Origin: Gemmatimonadota bacterium
GTDB taxonomy: Bacteria; Gemmatimonadota; Gemmatimonadetes; Palauibacterales; Palauibacteraceae
Assembly (NCBI GenBank): GCA_039588275.1
Contig: JBDHAC010000003.1
Span: 32,001-96,000 of the forward strand
Length of the DNA stretch: 64,000 bases
Direction of reading: 5' to 3'
Below, piece after piece: positions 58,027-64,000 of this stretch (its first letter is position 1; every line of letters begins with the position of its first letter). A model generated the notes under the pieces. The model worked only from the letters and a program-made list of their open reading frames with translations, did no database searches and had not been told where the DNA came from. The translations under genes and the position numbers were made by a program.

Positions 58027-59905
58027 CCGCGCCGCTCGCCTCCTCCGGCGTCTCCTCCGCGAGAGTGCGGCGGATCAGCGCGGCCGTGTTTGCCCCGATG
58101 CCCGGTGTTTCGCGCAGCTGTTCGAGGCTGGCGTGGCGGACGGCGTCGAGGCTCCCGAAGCGGCGGAGCAGCTCCTGCTCTCGAACGGGGCCCACACCCG
58201 GGATATCGCCGAGCCGGGACCTGAGCGTCCGACGTCGACGCAGCGTGCGGTTGTACCGGAGCGCGAAGCGGTGCGCTTCGTCACGCGCCCGCTGCAACCA
58301 GTGGAGACCCGGGTCTGTGCGCGGCAAGCGTACGGGCTCCGATAGACCGGGCCGGAAGACCTCCTCCTCACGCTTCGCCAACGCCACGGTCGCCAGATCG
58401 GACACGCTAGTCGTGTCCATCGCCTGGCGAGCGGCGGCCAGCTGACCCTTCCCTCCGTCCACGACCACGAGGTCGGGGAGGGGCTTTCCCTCGCGCACGC
58501 GACGGTGGAAGTAACGCCCCACGATCTCCTGCATCATCGCGTAATCATCCGGGCCCTCGTCAGTCCCGCGAATCCGGAAGCGGCGGTACTCGTTCTTGTC
58601 GGGTCGTCCGTCCTGCAGCCACACGGCGCTTCCGACCGATTCGCGTCCCCCGAGCGTGGAGACGTCGAAGCACACGATCGAGCGAGGCGCCTCCGCCAGG
58701 TCGAGCTCCTCCGCCAGCCTCCGCGCGGCCGCGGGTGCCGTACCCGTCGCCTCTCCGCGGTCGCGGGCGGTGCGGGATCTCTCGAGGCGGTCCTGCTCGA
58801 GGACGTGCGCCGCGTTCCGCTCGGCCGCGACGACCAGATCCCGCTTGGCCCCGCGAACCGGGAGGCGGACCGAGAAGGGGCCTTCACGACGCGCGGCCAG
58901 GTACTCCTCCACCAGCCCTACATCGTCAAAGGTTCCGGGGACGAGGAGCTCGCCGGGCGCATCTTCCTGCCTGACGTAGAAACCCTTCACCAGCGCCCCG
59001 AGGAGCGCCTCCTCGGTCTCGTCCGTGACGTTGCCCAGGTAGTGAACCTGGCGCCCGATTACCCGACCCTCCCGAACGCGGATCACCACCCCGCACGCGA
59101 GATCCCCGTCTCGGGCGAGTCCGATCGCGTCATGCGTGCCTCCGCGGAAGTCGACGGCCGCCTGCCGGCTCTCGATCGCATCGAGACCCCGCAGCACATC
59201 TCGCAGTTCCGCGGCTCGCTCGAACTCCAGCCCGTCCGCGGCCTCCTGCATCCGCCGGGTCACGGCTCGCCGCACACGCCCCGTTCGGCCACCGAGTACC
59301 TGGAGGATCTCGTCGATCATGGAACGATACTCGGCTTCGGTCTGAAGACCGGCGCACGGCGCCCTGCAACGTCCGATGTGGTAATCGAGACACGGGCGTG
59401 GAGGGAGCTCGGCCGGCATGCGGTAGTGGCACGATCGGACCGGGTACATCCGCTTGACCGTGCGCAGCGCGCGGCGCATCGCCTTGACGTCCGTGAACGG
59501 TCCGAGGTACCGGGAGCCGTCTTCCTGCAGATGGCGGGTGACGAAGATGCGGGGGAACGGCTCGTCCACCGTGATCTTGATGTACGGATAGCTCTTGTCG
59601 TCGCGCAGCTGGATATTGAAAGGAGGCCCGAACTCCTTGATGAGATTCCATTCGAGCAGGAGGGCCTCGGCCTCCGATTGCACCGGGAAGGTCTCGAGCG
59701 ATGCGATGCGCGAGGCGAGGCGTGACAGCTTCACGGACCTGCTTGCATCCGCGCCCACATACCCCGCCACCCGAGCGCGGAGCGACTTGGCCTTGCCCAC
59801 GTACAGCGCGCTGCCGTCCGCGTCCCGGAACAGGTAGACGCCCGGGCGACTCGGGAGGGAGCGGATCTGCTCTCGCAGTCTCTCGTCGCGCTCGTCGGAG
59901 CTCAT
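58019..59905 (-). CDS. uvrC: Excinuclease ABC subunit C
   Basis: GIY-YIG domain (PGVYLF...LYVGKAKSLR), FERAAELRD, CFDVS, DGGKGQL, RDEAHRFA, HhH; ATG at 59905. Confidence 0.97.
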   Translation of the reverse strand: MSSDERDERLREQIRSLPSRPGVYLFRDADGSALYVGKAKSLRARVAGYVGADASRSVKLSRLASRIASLETFPVQSEAEALLLEWNLIKEFGPPFNIQLRDDKSYPYIKITVDEPFPRIFVTRHLQEDGSRYLGPFTDVKAMRRALRTVKRMYPVRSCHYRMPAELPPRPCLDYHIGRCRAPCAGLQTEAEYRSMIDEILQVLGGRTGRVRRAVTRRMQEAADGLEFERAAELRDVLRGLDAIESRQAAVDFRGGTHDAIGLARDGDLACGVVIRVREGRVIGRQVHYLGNVTDETEEALLGALVKGFYVRQEDAPGELLVPGTFDDVGLVEEYLAARREGPFSVRLPVRGAKRDLVVAAERNAAHVLEQDRLERSRTARDRGEATGTAPAAARRLAEELDLAEAPRSIVCFDVSTLGGRESVGSAVWLQDGRPDKNEYRRFRIRGTDEGPDDYAMMQEIVGRYFHRRVREGKPLPDLVVVDGGKGQLAAARQAMDTTSVSDLATVALAKREEEVFRPGLSEPVRLPRTDPGLHWLQRARDEAHRFALRYNRTLRRRRTLRSRLGDIPGVGPVREQELLRRFGSLDAVRHASLEQLRETPGIGANTAALIRRTLAEETPEEASGADG

Positions 59906-61479
59906 CGGGTCTCGGGTCGAGGGGCGTGGGTCGGGGGCTTTCTCGCGATCAGCAGGTATGGTACACCCGCCGCCAACAGCGTTCCTAGCAACACGGCGAC
60001 GAGGCGCACCAGGCTTGGTCCGCCGATCACCGACTCCAGCCACATACGCGCCGGGAGGGCCAGGAGCGCGGCGGTGGCACCTGCGAGGCACAACCGCAGC
60101 AGTCCCCGTCGCTCGCTTGGGCCGAAGAGCGGCCCGGTCCTATGCCCGAGGCGGTGCCACAGCAAGCTCAGGTTCAGCCACGCTCCGACGGCGCCTCCCA
60201 GGGGCAGCCCCGCCGCCGCGCGCGCGCCGAAGCCCGCTGATCGGAGCCAGAACATGAGACCGGCTCCCACCGCCACGCCGGTCACCACCGACACGGCGGC
60301 GATCCGCATCGGGGTCACCGTGTTCTGGAGCGCGTGGAAGCCGCTCGCGAACAGCTTCACGAGGCTCGAAGCCACGATGCCGATGGCGTAAGCGGCCAGA
60401 ATCCAGCGTACGATCTCCGTGCTGTCCGCACCAAACTCGTTTCTCTGGTAGATGACGCCGACCACCAGATCGCCGAACAGCAGCAGGACGAGGGCAGAGG
60501 GAAGAACGAAGAACAGGATCCTGAAGAGTCCGTCCACCAGGTGGGGACGGAGCGCCGTGGCTTCATTACCGCGCGACATCTCCGGTAGAGAGGCCGCCGC
60601 TACCGAAACGCCGAACAAGCCCAGGGGCAGATAGGCGATGCGCTGCGCGTAGTACAACCCGGCGACGGCCGCGAGGCCCACGGCTCCGCCGAGCATGCTG
60701 GCGAGGACGACGTCGAGAAGGCTCGACACCTGGAAGATCCCCTGCCCTGCCGCGACGGGGGCCGCGTTGCGCGTCACGCGGCGCACCGGCTCCCACCCCC
60801 GCTCGATCGCCGGTCGCAACGTCCGGGCGAGCCTGCGCGCGGTCGGGAGCTGGATCCCCAGCTGCAGGAAGCTGCCGACGAGAGTCGACCACGCGAGTAC
60901 GTGGATCAGCGGCTCCCAACCGAAGCGGGCGCCCAGGAGAAGGCCCGCGATTTGTGCCCCGTTCCAGAGCACGGGAGCGACGTAGGGGAGGAAGAAGCGG
61001 CGGTGGCTGTTGAGGACGCCCAGGCACCAGGCCCCGACGATCATCACCCCTGCCATCGGAAATAGGATCCGGACCAGGCGCCCGGTCAGCGCGGCCGACG
61101 CCGCATCGAACCCGGGCGCGACCAGGCGCGCGAGGGCCGGTGCCAGGAGGACGCCCAGTCCCGACAGAAGCACCGCCACGGTGAGGACCATCCCCAACAC
61201 GCCACGAGCGAGCCGCCTGGGGGCCTGGGCGTCCGAACCGTCGCGCTCGAGCATCGAGCTGTACACGGGCACGAAGGAGGCGGAGAGCGTGCCCTCTCCC
61301 AACAGGTTACGGAGGACGTTCGGGATGCGGAGCGCCGCGGCGTAGGCTCCCGCCGCGGGTCCGGTTCCGAAGAAGGAGGCGATCGTGATGTCGCGGAGAA
61401 AACCGGTGATGCGGCTGAGGAGGATCCCCGAGCCGACCCGGAAGGCGGAACGCCCGGTTGAAGTGGGAGCGGCGGTCAC
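59902..61479 (-). CDS. murJ: Lipid II flippase MurJ
   Basis: SRITGFLRD, RIPNVLRNLLGEGTLSASFVP, LYYAQR...LPLGLFG. Confidence 0.95.
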   Translation of the reverse strand: MTAAPTSTGRSAFRVGSGILLSRITGFLRDITIASFFGTGPAAGAYAAALRIPNVLRNLLGEGTLSASFVPVYSSMLERDGSDAQAPRRLARGVLGMVLTVAVLLSGLGVLLAPALARLVAPGFDAASAALTGRLVRILFPMAGVMIVGAWCLGVLNSHRRFFLPYVAPVLWNGAQIAGLLLGARFGWEPLIHVLAWSTLVGSFLQLGIQLPTARRLARTLRPAIERGWEPVRRVTRNAAPVAAGQGIFQVSSLLDVVLASMLGGAVGLAAVAGLYYAQRIAYLPLGLFGVSVAAASLPEMSRGNEATALRPHLVDGLFRILFFVLPSALVLLLFGDLVVGVIYQRNEFGADSTEIVRWILAAYAIGIVASSLVKLFASGFHALQNTVTPMRIAAVSVVTGVAVGAGLMFWLRSAGFGARAAAGLPLGGAVGAWLNLSLLWHRLGHRTGPLFGPSERRGLLRLCLAGATAALLALPARMWLESVIGGPSLVRLVAVLLGTLLAAGVPYLLIARKPPTHAPRPETR

Positions 61480-61504
61480 GCCGTCGCGCGTCCGCGAGGC
61501 GGGC

Positions 61505-61807
61505 TCAGCCGTCCGACTCTTCGGACGAGATGTTCTCGTCCGGGCCTTCAGTCAGCCGGGGCGCGTCTTCGTCCGGTCCCTCGACGAGCGAGCGCACGAA
61601 CTTGGATTCCTCGCTCAGGCTCTCGACGGCCTCGGTCAGGTATCGGACTTCGGCCTCGAGAGCATCGAGCCTGGGGCCGGTGCCCTTCGCATCATCTCCC
61701 GATGAGATGCGCCGGGCGAGAGCTTGTCCCACCGGTGAGTCGATCACGATCGCGAGGACCGGGATCAGGACCACGAGGGCGAGGATGAATGCGAAGGCCG
61801 CGACCAT
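61505..61807 (-). CDS. Small membrane-anchored coiled-coil hypothetical protein
   Basis: N-terminal TM segment, SPVGQALARR, coiled coil RLDALEAEV..LTEAVESL.EE..F...L. Confidence 0.7.
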   Translation of the reverse strand: MVAAFAFILALVVLIPVLAIVIDSPVGQALARRISSGDDAKGTGPRLDALEAEVRYLTEAVESLSEESKFVRSLVEGPDEDAPRLTEGPDENISSEESDG

Positions 61808-61974
61808 CGAGCGTATGCCTGGCTCTGTGTTGACACTGGCGGCGCGGGGTTTTCGGGTCGACCCACGTCGCGTCGGGAACCTATTCGCCTATCCTACCCC
61901 GCAGCAACGCGGCGGTGCGCGTCGGCGGTAAGAGCGGACTCCCGGCGAGCTGCCCATCTCCCCGTGCGGTCCGC

Positions 61975-63570
61975 CTAGGTCGGGCCACCGTCTTCGCCCG
62001 CGGTGAGCGCATCGCGCGTCCTGATCGAGAGCTCGGTGATCAGCTCCGGGCCGTAACGAGCGAGATAGTAGTACGGGCTGACAGCTCGCTCCTGCGGGTC
62101 GCCGTCCGGGAACAGGTGCGCGGCGCACTTTCGTACCGACTGTAGTCGCGAGGCCTCTCGCTCGCGCACGCCCGCGTCGATCCGGCTGCTGACCGCGCCG
62201 AGCGCGTCGAGCACCTGCTTTCGCGCCTTCCCGACCGCGGAGCGCAGCCCGGGGAGCTCCTCACCGACGGCGCCCTCGAGCGCGTCGAAACGGGGTGCGA
62301 TGCCTTCGCGAAGCTCGACCAGAGCCGCATCGACGGCGGGTGGGCGAGAGTCTCGAGTAATCCGGGTGGCCACCGCTTCTCCGCCGTCCGCCAGATCCTC
62401 CGGCGACGCATCGAGCCGATCCAGCAGATGGGCGATCTTCGATTCCACGAGAGTCCACGCCGCACGAGGCTGGATGCGGGGCACCGTCACGTCATACCGG
62501 GCGAAGAGCGGCGGAAGCTGGCTCCAATACGCGATCTCGCCCGGACCCAGGACCGTCGCCGTCACGGGCAAGAGCCACGACTCGAGCACGGGCCGCGATG
62601 CCACGTTCGGGCTGAACCGCTCGGGTGCGTCATGCAGCCATGCCGTCAGCTCGTCCTCCGTCACCCTCTCCCCCTCCCTGCCCAGGCGGAATCCCTCGTC
62701 CGCCCGGTACAGGCGCTCTCTTCGCGCACCGGTGTCGAGAAACAACGGGTAGGCGTCCGGCAGCAGCGTGATCGGCGCTTCATGGCCCGCCTCGCCCAAC
62801 CGCCGGGCACCCTCCGAGAGCGCCTCTTCGGCGGTGCCCTCGTCTTCGATGATGCGGCGGACGAGCGGGACGCTGGCTCGTTTTACCTCGGGATTGGCGG
62901 AGTCGAGCCACGCGAAGTCAAAGGATTCGAGCGCGTACGCAAGGACGTCGGCAAAGGCCTCACCCAGCGGCCGGCCGGCTTCGTACGCACCTCTAATCTG
63001 ATTCATGTACTGTGGCGCAAACTCAGACGCAGGAAGCGCTTGCACCAGTTCACCCAGCGGTATCTCGATCGACGCATCCAGTGGCGTGGTTCCCACAGAC
63101 CGGCCAGCCCGACCATCCGGCGGAGCGAGACTCAGGCGTCTCAGCGCGCCGGACGCATCGATGACGGACGCCGAACCGACCTCGGCCCAGTCATGGTCGT
63201 CCGACGCGATCCAGAAGACCGCCAGGGTCGGAGCCCCGGTGTCCGTCTCGATTCGACGTGCGAGCTCGATGGCGGTGAGCGCCTTGTAGAGCACGAACAG
63301 CGGACCCAGGAAGAGGAGCGGTTGCTGGCCTGTCGTGACGAGGTGGCCCGAGCCGGCGAGGATGGCCTCGAGCTTGGCCTCGGCGACGGGGCTCGAGCAC
63401 CCGAAGACGGAGGTCTCGAGCTTCCCTGGCCGACCCGCGGGGGAGACCTCGAACGAGGATCCGCGCTCGATCAGGGGCAACTCGATCCCCGCCCTGCAGG
63501 CCACGAGGTCCCCCGTGAGTGTACCGCGCGGCGCCGCCGGCCGGGGGCGGATCTCCGGCAGGTGGCTCAC
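61975..63570 (-). CDS. bshC: Bacillithiol biosynthesis cysteine-adding enzyme
   Basis: TTGQQP.LF.GPL..LYKA, VFWIASDDHDWAEV, FSPNV..RP..E..LLP, GPGEIAYW.QL, PQER. Confidence 0.92.
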   Translation of the reverse strand: MSHLPEIRPRPAAPRGTLTGDLVACRAGIELPLIERGSSFEVSPAGRPGKLETSVFGCSSPVAEAKLEAILAGSGHLVTTGQQPLLFLGPLFVLYKALTAIELARRIETDTGAPTLAVFWIASDDHDWAEVGSASVIDASGALRRLSLAPPDGRAGRSVGTTPLDASIEIPLGELVQALPASEFAPQYMNQIRGAYEAGRPLGEAFADVLAYALESFDFAWLDSANPEVKRASVPLVRRIIEDEGTAEEALSEGARRLGEAGHEAPITLLPDAYPLFLDTGARRERLYRADEGFRLGREGERVTEDELTAWLHDAPERFSPNVASRPVLESWLLPVTATVLGPGEIAYWSQLPPLFARYDVTVPRIQPRAAWTLVESKIAHLLDRLDASPEDLADGGEAVATRITRDSRPPAVDAALVELREGIAPRFDALEGAVGEELPGLRSAVGKARKQVLDALGAVSSRIDAGVREREASRLQSVRKCAAHLFPDGDPQERAVSPYYYLARYGPELITELSIRTRDALTAGEDGGPT

Positions 63571-64000
63571 GCCGCCACACCGGCGATAAGGAGCCGCGAA
63601 GAGTCGGACCCGAATGGCGCGCCCCCGTAATCTCCGAAGCGGGCGCTCACCTCGAGACCGTGGCGTTCCAGCAACGCGCCGAGCTCGTCGGGCTCGTACA
63701 GACGCACGCGCTCATGAAAGACCTGCGGTGCGTCCTCGACCGCACCATCTCGTCCACGCGGAAAGATCTCTATTCGCTTGATCACGTGCCCTGTCTCGAT
63801 CCAGCGCCGCTGCCGAACCCGGCGTCCGTCCGTCTCGACGTCCGTCTCGGCCTCGAGGTTCGCCATCACCCACGGCGCGTTCATGTAATCGAGGAGAAAC
63901 ATGCCCCCGGGTCTCACGACGCGACGCATCTCCCGAACCACGAGACGGTCCTCATCCTCCGACGCGAAGTAACCGAACGACGTGAAGAAGTTGACCAGGG
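63567..64000 (-). CDS. Class I SAM-dependent methyltransferase, 3' part (truncated by window edge)
   Basis: Frame from 63998 reads LVNFFTSFGYF...RVVRPGGMFLLDYMN...ERVRLY...FGDY.G.PF...S.RL; stop overlaps the bshC GTG. Confidence 0.85.
   Translation of the reverse strand, partial: LVNFFTSFGYFASEDEDRLVVREMRRVVRPGGMFLLDYMNAPWVMANLEAETDVETDGRRVRQRRWIETGHVIKRIEIFPRGRDGAVEDAPQVFHERVRLYEPDELGALLERHGLEVSARFGDYGGAPFGSDSSRLLIAGVAA

Overview
A high-GC bacterial chromosomal segment made almost entirely of core genes. Gene order and content suggest Gemmatimonadota or a relative of the FCB group; this is an inference. From 1 to 43.6 kb all genes are on the + strand: nuoJKLMN, a phosphomannomutase, carbamate kinase, sucCD, a CBS protein, ndk, yceD-rpmF-plsX-fabD-fabG-acpP-fabF, purE, ispF, a DedA protein, xerD, a nitroreductase, an outer-membrane protein, kdsB-pyrG-kdsA-kdsC-kdsD-lptC-lptA-like-lptB-rpoN, a seven-gene polyprenol-linked glycosylation cluster, a K+ channel and an antiporter-EIIA fusion. 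From 43.7 kb to the end all genes are on the - strand: a LamG protein, TPR proteins, apt, DUF368, pcm, surE, a MerR regulator, gpsA, plsY, der, DUF512, thrC, gltX, uvrC, murJ, bshC and a methyltransferase. A 28-bp dif-like XerC/D site (44747-44774) lies about 1.1 kb from this strand switch, and KOPS-like octamers point toward it from both sides, so the window probably contains the replication terminus. The most striking unexplained signal is in LptC and the LptA-like protein. Both carry repeat-expanded, mucin-like tracts dense in D-(S/T)-(A/I/L/V/M/T) tripeptides, the Bacteroidota O-glycosylation sequon, and they sit just upstream of the GT-C glycosylation cluster. This is a candidate protein O-glycosylation system acting on the LPS transport bridge. 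No tRNA, rRNA, CRISPR array or IS element was recognised. All calls come from motif recognition by eye; no database searches were run.
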